A DNA stretch of 64,000 bases from Candidatus Hydrogenedentota bacterium (GCA_963668025.2 CAXXTH010000010.1:1248001-1312000); one strand, 5' to 3'; shown: positions 20,298 through 30,616, numbered from the stretch's first letter. The notes: a model not told the origin generated them from the letters alone. Numbers and translations: made by a program.

Positions 20298-20553
20298 TGG
20301 GAGATCCCCCGGCTTTACTGGGAAGTCAGTAGGAGGTTGATATTTATTCTAGTCTATTGCATAAACTCCGAATCGTGAGCCGCCAATGCACACGATCGAG
20401 AGTCTCATGATGGACGACTTTGTTGGACCACACTTCTGGGCGCGGGGCTATTTCATGTCAACGGTAGGTCGGGATGAGACGGTAATCCTGCCTAACCGCT
20501 TTGAGCGGCTCGCACTTAATATCTGCGAGGCACAGCGGAGGGCAGGCGTGTGA
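20298..20553 (+). mobile_element. Internally deleted IS200/IS605-family tnpA remnant
   Basis: Mini-ORF 20407-20553 reads MMDDF-VGPHFWARGYFMSTVGRDETVI..., where FWARGYF.STVG is the Y1 transposase C-terminal motif. Upstream CCCCCGGCTTT-type end sequence at 20298-20323. Confidence 0.75.
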
Positions 20554-21131
20554 CAAAGTGGTCTGGATGTGCGGTTCGGAACTGGCGGCCTTGGGTGGCA
20601 ACGGCCGTTGTCCTGGTGATTACAGTCATCCTGCTGCGATTTCAGGGGCGGCTGTGGACATGCGCCTGTGGAGCGCTGGCGCCCTGGGCGAGGAATGTCT
20701 GGAGCGCACACAACTCGCAGCACCTTTTTGACCCGTACAGTTTAACGCATATCCTGCATGGCATCCTGCTCTGCGGGCTGCTGGTTTGGGTGGCTCCTCG
20801 GCTGTCGCCGGATTGGAGGCTGTTCTTCGCGCTGGCGCTCGAGTCTCTGTGGGAAGTGGCCGAGAACTCGGAGCGTGTCATCGAGCGATACCGGGAGGCC
20901 ACGCTTGCCTTGGGCTATGCAGGCGACAGTGTGCTCAACTCGATGGGCGACCTATTGTCGTGCGCGGCAGGATTCCTGATCGCACGGGGGCTTGGCCTGC
21001 GCTGGTCCATCGCTCTGCTCGTGGTTATCGAGGCGCTTCTTCTCTTCTGGATCAGAGACAACCTTACCCTCAATGTCGTGATGTTGATTCATCCGATTGA
21101 CGCCATCAAGAACTGGCAACTGGCGCATTAA
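20550..21131 (+). CDS. DUF2585 (UPF0314) family membrane protein
   Basis: GRLWTCACG, SQHLFDPYSLTHILHG, WEVAENS, Y.GDSVLNSMGD, IRDNLTLN. Confidence 0.85.
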   Translation: MTKWSGCAVRNWRPWVATAVVLVITVILLRFQGRLWTCACGALAPWARNVWSAHNSQHLFDPYSLTHILHGILLCGLLVWVAPRLSPDWRLFFALALESLWEVAENSERVIERYREATLALGYAGDSVLNSMGDLLSCAAGFLIARGLGLRWSIALLVVIEALLLFWIRDNLTLNVVMLIHPIDAIKNWQLAH

Positions 21132-21412
21132 CCGATTGAAAGCGAACGCTCTGCTCCCGTAAGGTAAAGAAACTCGATCTGCGCTCAACTCCTCTTGATG
21201 GAAGTTGTCGAGCATATCCTTCGGACCCAGTTTCGGTCGTGCGCGTGAATGTGCGGGCAGGGCAGTTCGTCGCTTGGGCGAGTAGAGCGAAGGCAAGATG
21301 TAGTTGCTAGTATACCAACAGATATGGCATCTAGTAATCATGGGAGATTCCCCGGCTATTTTGTGGGATACTTACTAGTTTGTTGTCGCTACCGCTAGAG
21401 AGGATTTTATCC

Positions 21413-22204
21413 ATGAGTCTGCAGGCGTATTTCGAATCAATCAATCATGAACTCACTGGATGTAAAGATCGTATTCGTAATATTATTGGTGATCAGCATT
21501 GGCCTTCTGATGGGCAACATAAAGAGTGGTTAGTTAAGAATATCCTTCGTCGGCATGCACCTAGAAGAGTAAGCATTGGCAATGGATTCATAATTGCTCC
21601 AAGTTCATGGAATCGTGAAAAATACTGCACACACCAAATAGATTTATTGATAATATCATCTTCAAAGCCTCTTCTTTTCTGTGAAGATGATTTTTATATT
21701 GTTACTCCAGATGCTGTTCTTGCCCTCATCGAAGTTAAGACGCGACTAGACAAAAAGAAACTATCAGAAGAACTGAAAAAAAAGGCAGATGATCTTGGTG
21801 GGATTAATGCAAGTTTTGTGGGACTACATCCAAAAGCAGGACTTTTTATATATGAAAACACAGAAAGTATAAAGGATGATGATGTACTTGAAATGTTACA
21901 GATGGCAAGTGAGGGAAATGAGTTAAAGGTGATTAATTGGATTGCATTGGGTGAAGATCGTTTTTTCCAATTTTGGGAAGACGGCAAGATAGATGCAACA
22001 GATTCGGTAAAAGGGGCAGTATGGTATAGCTATGAACTTAAAAAGATGTCACACCCCTATTTTTTAAGTAATATTATTTGGGCAATTACTAAACATGAGG
22101 ACAGGCTATTTGGGGAGGTATGGTTTCCAATTGATATGTCTAGAGAAGCATTCAGAAGGCATTATATGTCTCTAGATGGAAAATCACACGGAGTTTTTAA
22201 ATAA
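21413..22204 (+). CDS. DUF6602-like PD-(D/E)xK nuclease-fold protein, AT-rich
   Basis: HWPSDGQHKE..LRRH.P, GNGFI, QIDLLI, ALIEVKT; visibly lower GC than its flanks; AGAGGA RBS before ATG 21413. Confidence 0.7.
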   Translation: MSLQAYFESINHELTGCKDRIRNIIGDQHWPSDGQHKEWLVKNILRRHAPRRVSIGNGFIIAPSSWNREKYCTHQIDLLIISSSKPLLFCEDDFYIVTPDAVLALIEVKTRLDKKKLSEELKKKADDLGGINASFVGLHPKAGLFIYENTESIKDDDVLEMLQMASEGNELKVINWIALGEDRFFQFWEDGKIDATDSVKGAVWYSYELKKMSHPYFLSNIIWAITKHEDRLFGEVWFPIDMSREAFRRHYMSLDGKSHGVFK

Positions 22205-22318
22205 TTATTAGTATTGCTTTTTACGTGTTATAAATAGTTATCTTATATCATATGGAACGCTAGTTATAATATTCGTTGTAAAGATGATAAGAGGTCTTGC
22301 GCCACGCGGAAGAGTATG

Positions 22319-23257
22319 TCAGGCTTTGAACGCGCCGGAGGTGAGTCCCTGCATGAATGGTTTTGTGGCAAATATCAGGACAATGAGCAGCGGAATACTG
22401 GAAAGGGCGTATCCGGCGTAGAGCGTAGCAAAGTTGGAAGCATACGCCGAGTTGGCTAGAACGAAAAGCCCGGAGGCGATCATATGGTGTTTGCCTTCGG
22501 GATTCACAATAAATGGCCACAAGAAACTGTTCCACGTACCCAGCAGATTCATGACCAGAACGACCGAGAAAGCGGGTTTGGAAAGTGGCAGCACGATATG
22601 CCAGTAGAGGCGCATGTGTCCCGCGCCGTCGATGCGGGCCGATTCGAACAGCCCCTCGGGCAGCCCCTCGAAAAACGACTTGAACACAAAAATAGCGAAC
22701 ACCTGCCCTCCCGCCACGAAGGGCAGCACCATGGCCCAGTAGGTATTGAGCAGCCCCATCGATTTGATGAGCAGGAAACTGGGAACCAGCGTAAGCACGC
22801 CAGGGAACATCATGGTGCAGATGATGAAAGTGAATAGCGCTTTCTTGCCGGCGAAATGGTATCGCGCCAAGACATAGGCGGTCCCTGAGCCAAGCATAAG
22901 CACGCCTGCGGCTGTCAATGCGGATACGAGCAAAGTCGTCAGCATATAAGGCCGGATGACTCCCCATGCCATGCGAGTTCCCGATGTCATCATATCGGTA
23001 TAATGCTCGAATGCCTGCGTGCGGCCGGCGTTGATTTTCCGCCCAGTGTCATCCCAGAAGGCATAAGTTTTTTCATTGCCTGTTACGGTGTCTTTGCATA
23101 GAATAAGCATGTGTTTGATGGACTCGGGAAATGAGAAAAAGGTTTGGTAATACTCGTTGTTAGTTTTAAAAACGGTGTTTACGGCAAAAAAGAACGGCAT
23201 GAGTGTGAGCAAGGCCAACACGATAAGGATTAAATGAATATGCCAGGTGGATCTCAC
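22319..23257 (-). CDS. Carbohydrate ABC transporter permease (MalG-like)
   Basis: LFESARIDGAG EAA motif, WNSFLWP; GTG start at 23257 overlaps the upstream stop. Confidence 0.92.
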   Translation of the reverse strand: MRSTWHIHLILIVLALLTLMPFFFAVNTVFKTNNEYYQTFFSFPESIKHMLILCKDTVTGNEKTYAFWDDTGRKINAGRTQAFEHYTDMMTSGTRMAWGVIRPYMLTTLLVSALTAAGVLMLGSGTAYVLARYHFAGKKALFTFIICTMMFPGVLTLVPSFLLIKSMGLLNTYWAMVLPFVAGGQVFAIFVFKSFFEGLPEGLFESARIDGAGHMRLYWHIVLPLSKPAFSVVLVMNLLGTWNSFLWPFIVNPEGKHHMIASGLFVLANSAYASNFATLYAGYALSSIPLLIVLIFATKPFMQGLTSGAFKA

Positions 23258-24177
23258 TGGATGCCCTCGAGTTGTTCGGTGGATTTGAAATATTTCATGT
23301 TGAGCGCGGTTATAACGAGTATCAGCAAAAATAGAAGCACGCCGATGGCGCAGGCATAACCAAAGCGTTGAAAACTGAACGCATTTAAATACATCCAAAG
23401 GCCAGGCATCATGGTTTTAAAGCCAGGGCCGCCTCGAGTCAAGACGAGTATGCCTTCAAAACCCTGCACGCCGCCGATAATGGTCAATAGTAAGATAAGT
23501 TTCAATTGGCTCATCACCATTGGGATGTCGATGGAAAAGAATTTTCGGACGCCCACGCATCCTTCCAGGAGCGCGGCTTCGTTGACGCTGGCGGGTATCT
23601 TCGCGAGGCCCGCGTAGTAGACCAGAACCTCAAAGCCTCCGATGAATGGAAAGCCGACCAGCGAGCAGCATATCAGGGCGGTGCTAGGATCGTTGATCCA
23701 GCCTCGTGTCCATTCCGGGAGGCCAATGCCTTGAAGGAGATTGTTGATAAGGCCATTATCGCCATAAATCAGGCCCATCCAAATGAGCTGCACCGCCACT
23801 CCTGGCACTACAATGGGAACCAGAAACACGATGCGGTAGAAAAACCGCCAGCGTTCTTGCGGGAGGGAGCAGATGAGTTTCGCCGTGAAGAGCGGGAGTG
23901 TCAGGCGCATGGCGACGGCGATGAACGTGAAGAAAGCCATGTGTACTAAAGATGGAATCGTAGCGGGATCATCTCGTATGGCTTCGGTGTAATTGTCGAG
24001 TCCAATGAAGCGCGGAGCGGCTCCAATCTCGAATTCGTAAAGCGACTTGCTGAATGCCCATACGACAGGTAGATATACGAAAGTGAGCAGCAACGCGATC
24101 GTAGGAAGAACAAGCCAATAGCACAGAAGCGTGGATTGTATCCGAGGGCTGAATACATGGGAGTCGCGACGGATCAT
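23254..24177 (-). CDS. Carbohydrate ABC transporter permease (MalF-like)
   Basis: FIGLDNY, EAALLEG, LTRGGPG, GYACAIG. Confidence 0.92.
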   Translation of the reverse strand: MIRRDSHVFSPRIQSTLLCYWLVLPTIALLLTFVYLPVVWAFSKSLYEFEIGAAPRFIGLDNYTEAIRDDPATIPSLVHMAFFTFIAVAMRLTLPLFTAKLICSLPQERWRFFYRIVFLVPIVVPGVAVQLIWMGLIYGDNGLINNLLQGIGLPEWTRGWINDPSTALICCSLVGFPFIGGFEVLVYYAGLAKIPASVNEAALLEGCVGVRKFFSIDIPMVMSQLKLILLLTIIGGVQGFEGILVLTRGGPGFKTMMPGLWMYLNAFSFQRFGYACAIGVLLFLLILVITALNMKYFKSTEQLEGIQ

Positions 24178-25799
24178 TGCGGCAATCCCTTCATTGATTC
24201 GCGGAGCGGCGCCAAACGCTCCCAAGCCTGATTGAGTGCTTCCTCATGGTAAACCATCCGGCGCTTCGCGCGGGTACAGGCGCCGGATACATTTGGGAAC
24301 TGCCATTTGTCTAGAAAATCATCCAGTGAGATGCCGTTCGTGAGATATAACTGAAGCATTCTGCGTTGCACTTCTGAGAATTTAAGGTCGAAGGTATAAA
24401 TCCACTTGGTCGTGGCATACCGGCGATTCAACGTTTCCTCGAATGGTTTGAGAGGAGGCAGCACTTCCACGCCGGTGATATTTGGCATGAAGCAAGGGTA
24501 TTCATTCACTATGCGGGCATAGTTCTCAGGCAGCGTTATAAACTGCAAGAACGACATTGCCCGTTTGAGCCGCTCGGAGGACTTGATACGCTCTTCGAAT
24601 GCTTGTTCTTTTGGCGTATCGCTGATTGCGGTGTTTGTGACGGCGAATGATGTCGCTGGACCGCCGACGCCGCACATGGGCTGGCCGGATGCGTAAGGCG
24701 ATGTGGCCTTGCTAATGGACGGCATATAAAAAACGCCCCATTCAAACGGAATATCCTTGTCGCCGCTCAAGCGATAACTAAAAATGCTGATGTTCCAGAA
24801 CATGGCCCCCCGCTGGGTTACAAAATCGCGAATCGTATCCGCGAGCAGATCGCGGTTGCAGTATTGGGCAAGCTCATGCATGATCGGCCAGATCTGAAGA
24901 TAGCGCGGATCTTTTCGGGTGAAAAAACCTTTGTCGTGCAGAAAGACCATTTCATCCCAGTCTAGGTATCCTTGAATGTATTGCCCCCGAACCGGATCTT
25001 TGACTAAATCGATACCTGGCACAATGTCGTAGTACAACTGGTCAAAAATCAGGTCCGTGGCCCAGCTATTAAAATTGTCGAGGTGAATCAAAAGGGGAGT
25101 GATAGGTTTGCCCTCGGGACTCCGATATTTTTTGATGGCGGCACAGACTTGGCACAGCTCTTCCCAGGTCTCGGGAACCTCCACTCCGATTTGTTTGAAA
25201 AGCGTCTTGTTATAAAAAATCCCTGTTTCCACCATATCGAACGTGAGCGTGTAATATCGTCCATCCGGGGCGGCTTTCGCACGGCTGATGGCTTGGTATT
25301 TGAACATGTCCCACCAATGCTCATAACCGGGCCGGGAAGGATCCCCTTGCGCTTGTACAAAGGCGTTTGGCTGATCCAGGAAGGCATCTAGAGGAATATA
25401 CCACTCTTTTTGAATATCCGGCCAGACATCTTCCACGGTGGTCATGATGATGTCGGGGGCTTCACCCGTGCTCAATTGTGTAACCAGGTATTCCCGGACC
25501 GCTGAAGGCGCACTGATCACCTCGATACGCGTGTCCGGGAAACAACGCTCGAAATCTTGTATCACATCCGTGACGCCATGGAGCGGTTTTCCCAATCCAA
25601 AAGGGAGCGTTCCAGGCATGTATTGGCCGCCTGGAAAAAATTTGATCACATAACGTGCGGATTCTTTTTTTTCCAGGCCTACGCCAGTGTTTTTTGCATC
25701 CCGAGGCGGCCACAGCGCCCACACGCCGATGCACAGCGTAAGTAGGGCCAAGACCGCCTTGAGATATAGCAACACCCTTGTGGAACGCTCCACCTGCAT
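24174..25799 (-). CDS. ABC transporter extracellular sugar-binding protein (SBP_bac_1 type)
   Basis: N-terminal hydrophobic anchor; GEAPDII, IFYNKTLF..GVEVPETWEEL. Confidence 0.85.
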   Translation of the reverse strand: MQVERSTRVLLYLKAVLALLTLCIGVWALWPPRDAKNTGVGLEKKESARYVIKFFPGGQYMPGTLPFGLGKPLHGVTDVIQDFERCFPDTRIEVISAPSAVREYLVTQLSTGEAPDIIMTTVEDVWPDIQKEWYIPLDAFLDQPNAFVQAQGDPSRPGYEHWWDMFKYQAISRAKAAPDGRYYTLTFDMVETGIFYNKTLFKQIGVEVPETWEELCQVCAAIKKYRSPEGKPITPLLIHLDNFNSWATDLIFDQLYYDIVPGIDLVKDPVRGQYIQGYLDWDEMVFLHDKGFFTRKDPRYLQIWPIMHELAQYCNRDLLADTIRDFVTQRGAMFWNISIFSYRLSGDKDIPFEWGVFYMPSISKATSPYASGQPMCGVGGPATSFAVTNTAISDTPKEQAFEERIKSSERLKRAMSFLQFITLPENYARIVNEYPCFMPNITGVEVLPPLKPFEETLNRRYATTKWIYTFDLKFSEVQRRMLQLYLTNGISLDDFLDKWQFPNVSGACTRAKRRMVYHEEALNQAWERLAPLRESMKGLPQ

Positions 25800-25861
25800 T
25801 CATTTCTCCATTCGCACTTGCTAGATGAAAAGCAAACCGCCGGTTTCAGGGAAAGCCTGCC

Positions 25862-27796
25862 CTATCGCCGAATCCAAATGGCTGAACTGCCTTTATCCAC
25901 CCGAACGGTCATAGTCCCGTTTTCGGAGCTTATTTGCGCATTCCCACCGCCCAGAAGCTTGGTCCATCCGCTAGACGATGCCGGTAGTGTAATCGATTCG
26001 GGGCCTTCCAGCCGGAATGCATACAACAGTTGTTCGTTGGCGGTCTCATCGCCGAAGATAACTATATCCCAATCGCGGTCGCTTCGCGGCTGCGGCAAGG
26101 GGAAAAAGATCGGCTGTGCGAGCAAATGGCGGATGCCCTTATATACTTCAATGTGATGCTTTGCACGCGCCCGGGCCTCGGCGCTCCATTGGGCGATATC
26201 TCCATTGAAGCCAAATCCTCCCACCATCCGGCTCAGCATGTTGTGTGAGGTCGCCTCGGAATCGCCAGAACCCCGGTGCGCACGCACCGCACTCGTCAGG
26301 AAATGGGCGGGCCAAAAACGGGACGCCCCCATCTGGAAAAAGCGGGAGACATCGGGATGCCCCGTGTGATCGCTGAGCCAATTCCCGTGCATCCGGGCCG
26401 CCATTCCCCAGTCCAGCCGTGTGCCGCCGCCTTCGCAGTCTTCATTATAGACTTCCGGAAATTCGGAGCGGATGGTGTCAATCACCTGATAGAAGCCTTT
26501 CATATACGCCAGATTGAGCTTTCCGCTTGGATCATGGTTAAGCGCCCATTCCTGAGGATCGCTGCATTCCCAGCGGATGAAGTTGACTTTCCAGTTTGTT
26601 ATCCATTTGCGCAAGAGAGTTAAGGCGAATTCACGCGCCTCCGGTTTATCCAGGCGTAAGCGCCGCAGGGAAGTAGCCGATTCCGGAAGGGGATCTTGCG
26701 ACATAGGCGATGATGCCGTGTCATACAACTCGGGATGCCTCAGGATAGCTTGCGTGCCGGGATAAGCGGTCTCGATCATATGCCAAATGCCAAATTTCAT
26801 TCCGAGTGCGCGGACATGTTCGCTGAGTTCTTCCACACCGTTTGGGAATTTATCTGGATCAGGTTCAAACCAATTGCCAATTCCATCGATGAAACAGTCG
26901 TACATCTTGTACCATGCCGCATCTAGCACGAAATATTCACAACCCAGTTCCGCCGCTACTTCCGCTTGTTTTTTGAGCTCAACTACATCGAAGTGCTGGT
27001 GAAGCCCAAACCAGTGGTCGTAATACACGGGCGGTGTGGGGATTTGGCCTTGCAGTTTGCATGCAATGCCTTCGCGCACGTACCGCCGCAGCGCATTATC
27101 AATGCCGCCAATGTCCGCTCCTTCATAAAATCCCATATGAATGCGTGGCAACTCGAGTCTTTCACCCGGTTCGAGCCGGAGAGCGCCCAGTCCAATATTC
27201 CCTTTGATAATGAATCCAGGCCGGGGTTGGCCAAAAAAGCTGTCAGACTCCCATCCTGCTTGGATTTCCCAGCGAGACGACCACTCGAATCCCACAAAGA
27301 GGCCATACATATCGCCATACGGCCCCATCAGGAATTGCATCACGGGCACATGGTCAAAAGCGCTTGCAGCGCCTGATGCGATGCTGACGCATTTGCAGTG
27401 GTCGTGCGTCATGATGCGTTCTTCCGATAAGCGGAACGCACGGGGAGGGTAGGTCCCGTCATAATGGTATGAGCCGCTCAGGTGCCTCACGCGGGGGGAA
27501 TCCTGTTGCGGGTCGATGTCTAGCCGCAGAAACAAGGGCGTGATCTCGATATTCTCCATCGGGATTGCGCCGGTATTGCATACCGCCACATTCCACCGGA
27601 CAGCCTTCAGTTCCGAAACGGGCTCGATAGCCAGTTCGACGCGAAGATTGCCGGAAACGCATTCCATCACACCTGCATTTTGCCGCCATTCTTCAAGCGG
27701 AACCTCAGCCCCGTCCGCCACGATACGGAGCGGCGCTATATTCATCAGATGCTTGCCGAGTTTCTCTGGTACAAATTTATGGAACATGAGTCTCAC
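25862..27796 (-). CDS. Alpha-galactosidase-like glycoside hydrolase (GH36)
   Basis: ELGCEYFVLDAAW, IGNW.PD..KFPNG, GMKFGIW, EDCEGGG.RLD, WLSD. Confidence 0.85.
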   Translation of the reverse strand: MRLMFHKFVPEKLGKHLMNIAPLRIVADGAEVPLEEWRQNAGVMECVSGNLRVELAIEPVSELKAVRWNVAVCNTGAIPMENIEITPLFLRLDIDPQQDSPRVRHLSGSYHYDGTYPPRAFRLSEERIMTHDHCKCVSIASGAASAFDHVPVMQFLMGPYGDMYGLFVGFEWSSRWEIQAGWESDSFFGQPRPGFIIKGNIGLGALRLEPGERLELPRIHMGFYEGADIGGIDNALRRYVREGIACKLQGQIPTPPVYYDHWFGLHQHFDVVELKKQAEVAAELGCEYFVLDAAWYKMYDCFIDGIGNWFEPDPDKFPNGVEELSEHVRALGMKFGIWHMIETAYPGTQAILRHPELYDTASSPMSQDPLPESATSLRRLRLDKPEAREFALTLLRKWITNWKVNFIRWECSDPQEWALNHDPSGKLNLAYMKGFYQVIDTIRSEFPEVYNEDCEGGGTRLDWGMAARMHGNWLSDHTGHPDVSRFFQMGASRFWPAHFLTSAVRAHRGSGDSEATSHNMLSRMVGGFGFNGDIAQWSAEARARAKHHIEVYKGIRHLLAQPIFFPLPQPRSDRDWDIVIFGDETANEQLLYAFRLEGPESITLPASSSGWTKLLGGGNAQISSENGTMTVRVDKGSSAIWIRR

Positions 27797-29205
27797 TTGC
27801 CTTTCTTTGTTGTGTCGGGAACAAAATACTCGAAATAAACAAGATACGCAGCAGGGGCTTCACTGAAACCTTCCGCGGCGAGCTCCGTGCCTGCGTCGTT
27901 GTGCCGTACTGGCCAGCGTGAACGTATATGGCTGCGCTCGGGCATCACGGACAGCCGTTTTGCGGTGTGGCAAATGAGTGAGGGCATTCGGAATATGCCA
28001 GGAAGATTGTTCTCCGCCGATGGATACGGCAGCGGCTCTAGGCTTAGATTCAGCCGGTCCGCGGCAATGCGCACCCATATGCGCAAGGGTTGTTCCGGCG
28101 AATTTGCCTTTGCTTTTCCTTCTAGCATAAGGCCATTCACATCGAGTTTTAGAGCAGAGCCACCCTTTTCTCCGTTATCATCCGGTTGCCAGGAGCCCCC
28201 AATGACACCGGCCTCGATTCCGGCCTGGCCTGGCCACGGAGACGCCGTGAATGCACTGGCCGGATCGTATGCGAAAATGAGGTTGTCCCGGCAGACGCTG
28301 AAATAAATCTTGCCGTTAGGGCCTGCGGCTGGAACTTGAGGGTAATCAAGGCCTGGAACGATTATCTTGGTCTCGCCATTGGGGCTAACGGAAAACAATG
28401 CCCCCGAATTACCCTGATCCCAGGCATTGGCTTCGCTGGCCACAATAAGCTCGCCGCTGGATGTCCGTGCAAGGCCCCGCGCGCGCCAAAAGCCGCTGGC
28501 TAGTTTCGAGACCGTACCGTCCGGATGCCGGACGGAAACGCTGCCTGGTTCTAGTGCAACGCCCATAGGGCCAAAAACGCCATATTCCGTGAAATAGACA
28601 GAGCCATCGGCGCTGGCGGCGACGCCTTGCGGGGATTTCAATTCGCTGAGCAGTGTTTCTACGGAAGAATCCGCCTTATTCCATCTGCGGATTTCCTGTT
28701 TGATCTCGAGGATAAAAAGAAGGTTCCCCTGTGGGTCACATGTCATTTGGCGGGGGCGCGATAAGCCTTGGACAATCCGGGTTTCCTCTCCCGTAGGCGA
28801 GATTCTAAGGATGTATCCCGTTTGATCATCCGAATCGAAGCCAATGAACACGTTGCCTTCTGCATCTACTGCCACGCCATATGCCCCGCCTCGTTTTAGA
28901 GGCCGCACGCGAAGCTCTCCATCCGGCATCAAGCGGGATAAGGAGCCTTTATATTCCGTGAAATAGACGGAGCCGTCTGGCCCAACCGCCGTGCCGAAAC
29001 AGTATTCAGCAAAACCCTGCACGCATAGATGCGTGGGCAAGCCATTCATGGCTTGAGCGGCTTCTGGCGGCAAGGATTGGATTAACTGCGGATTCCATGC
29101 ATCTGGCGGTGCTGGAGGTTCTGCGGCAGATGCCCCAAAATGACAAATAGCGAGGTTCAACATACAGACAAATGCCATAAGACGGAAAAAGGTAAAATCT
29201 ATCAA
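27793..29205 (-). CDS. Secreted NHL/SMP-30-like beta-propeller protein with an extra C-terminal domain
   Basis: Repeats GTAVGPDGSVYFTE / GVAVDAEGNVFI / GVAASADGSVYFTE; TTG start at 29205 after AGAGGAGG. Confidence 0.7.
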   Translation of the reverse strand: MIDFTFFRLMAFVCMLNLAICHFGASAAEPPAPPDAWNPQLIQSLPPEAAQAMNGLPTHLCVQGFAEYCFGTAVGPDGSVYFTEYKGSLSRLMPDGELRVRPLKRGGAYGVAVDAEGNVFIGFDSDDQTGYILRISPTGEETRIVQGLSRPRQMTCDPQGNLLFILEIKQEIRRWNKADSSVETLLSELKSPQGVAASADGSVYFTEYGVFGPMGVALEPGSVSVRHPDGTVSKLASGFWRARGLARTSSGELIVASEANAWDQGNSGALFSVSPNGETKIIVPGLDYPQVPAAGPNGKIYFSVCRDNLIFAYDPASAFTASPWPGQAGIEAGVIGGSWQPDDNGEKGGSALKLDVNGLMLEGKAKANSPEQPLRIWVRIAADRLNLSLEPLPYPSAENNLPGIFRMPSLICHTAKRLSVMPERSHIRSRWPVRHNDAGTELAAEGFSEAPAAYLVYFEYFVPDTTKKGK

Positions 29206-29254
29206 GATAAGCCCTCCTCTTTTGGTTGAACCCGTAAAGGCACCCATTAACTTT

Positions 29255-29283
29255 AGTATACTTTCGGTGCTTTTATATGTCAA
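29255..29283 (-). promoter_or_regulatory. Sigma70 promoter of the propeller-GH36-ABC operon
   Basis: Minus strand TTGACA(29283-29278)-17 nt-TATACT(29260-29255). Confidence 0.8.
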
Positions 29284-29503
29284 GTAAATTTTATAAAGAA
29301 TGAAAAATATATATCTTAAATAATACTTTTGTAAAATTAAAAAAAGAATAGGTGAGTTTTTTTGCGCATAAGGGGGGATGTCTAGCCTTGAAAAGAGGAA
29401 GTTTCCGTAAATAATGGGCGTCCAGGCAGGATACAGAGGCGCTCAAGGTTATTCTGAATGGCCTCTTATCTCTCGAATTGCAGGAAAAATTCCACGAAAG
29501 GAG

Positions 29504-30529
29504 TCAGAGAGCGCATACAGATGCGCGCTCAATCAATTGCGTTTGGATATCGATGTGTTTATGTTCGCCATTGCTTTCACCACGGACCAGCGAGAGTAAT
29601 GCCTCTGCGGCAATGGCTCCCGCCTGCTCAGGAAATAGCGATACAGTGGTCAAAGGCGGGCCGAGAAGTTCGGCCATGGGGATATCATCAAAGCCGACCA
29701 CGCTTACATCTTCTGGTATACGTAAACCCAGCTCATGTGCGGCTTTATAGACTCCAATCGCTACGATGTCATTGAAGCAAATTAAGGCGGTTGGGCGGTT
29801 TTCCACGTCCGTTAGTATTTGCATCGCCGCATCATAGCCATGCCCATGGCGGGAGCGTAATCCAGCCCGGACAATGGGACAGCTCCCGTAGTCCATACCG
29901 TGTTCCGCAAGGCTTTCGACATATCCCACCACGCGTTCTCGAGAGTGTACGGAAACGGCTGGGCCTGCGATGCACGTGATGCGGCGGTGGCCTTTAGCGA
30001 TGACAAAATCCGTGGCGCTGCGGGCGCCTTCCCGGTTTGCAAAATAGATGGAATGGGTTTCTACATCGGGTACGGAACCTATGGTAATCAGAGGCTTGCG
30101 TGCTTCCACCAATTTCTTGATATGGTTATGATGCTCGTGCTCCTGGCCGGTCAGAATCATATAACCCGCCAAATGATAGGAGTTTAGCTCGTTTACTATC
30201 TGCTCTTCTTCTTCGTAGTCTTCACCCGTGGAATAGGAAAGCACATGATAGCCTTCGCGGCGGAAAAAGGAATTGGCTCCGCGTAGCATTTCCGTGAAAA
30301 AGGGGTTGTCAAAATCCGCGATGATCATGGCGATCATCCTGGAAAGACGGCCCAGCATGGACGGCGCAATCAACCGCGAATGGTAGTCTTGCTCCCGTAT
30401 CGTCTCAAGAACCAGATTCCGTGTTTTTTCGCGCACGCCCGGGCCGTCCCGAAGCACTGCGGTCACTGTTGCTCGAGATACGCCGCTGAGTTTGGCGATG
30501 TCTTCCAGAGTGATTTTTTTTTGTTTCAT
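29504..30529 (-). CDS. LacI family transcriptional regulator
   Basis: ITLEDIAKLSGVSRATV HTH; NPFF; CFND..A; GLRIPEDVSVVGFDD. Confidence 0.95.
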   Translation of the reverse strand: MKQKKITLEDIAKLSGVSRATVTAVLRDGPGVREKTRNLVLETIREQDYHSRLIAPSMLGRLSRMIAMIIADFDNPFFTEMLRGANSFFRREGYHVLSYSTGEDYEEEEQIVNELNSYHLAGYMILTGQEHEHHNHIKKLVEARKPLITIGSVPDVETHSIYFANREGARSATDFVIAKGHRRITCIAGPAVSVHSRERVVGYVESLAEHGMDYGSCPIVRAGLRSRHGHGYDAAMQILTDVENRPTALICFNDIVAIGVYKAAHELGLRIPEDVSVVGFDDIPMAELLGPPLTTVSLFPEQAGAIAAEALLSLVRGESNGEHKHIDIQTQLIERASVCAL

Positions 30530-30569
30530 TCCTATTTCCCGTCAATTCTAACTGAGGCCTATACCCTCT

Positions 30570-30616
30570 ATCCTAATTCTTTTGTGGAAATTTTGCAAGT
30601 TGATGGTAAATTTTCC
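30570..30616 (-). promoter_or_regulatory. lacI promoter with overlapping AAATTT-centred candidate operators
   Basis: Minus strand TTGCAA(30598-30593)-17 nt-TAGGAT; TGGAAATTTTGCA and GGTAAATTTTCC quasi-palindromes. Confidence 0.55.

Noticed and set aside
21132-21340. Possible pseudogene fragment on the minus strand
   Set aside because: The translation shows no recognisable family motif.
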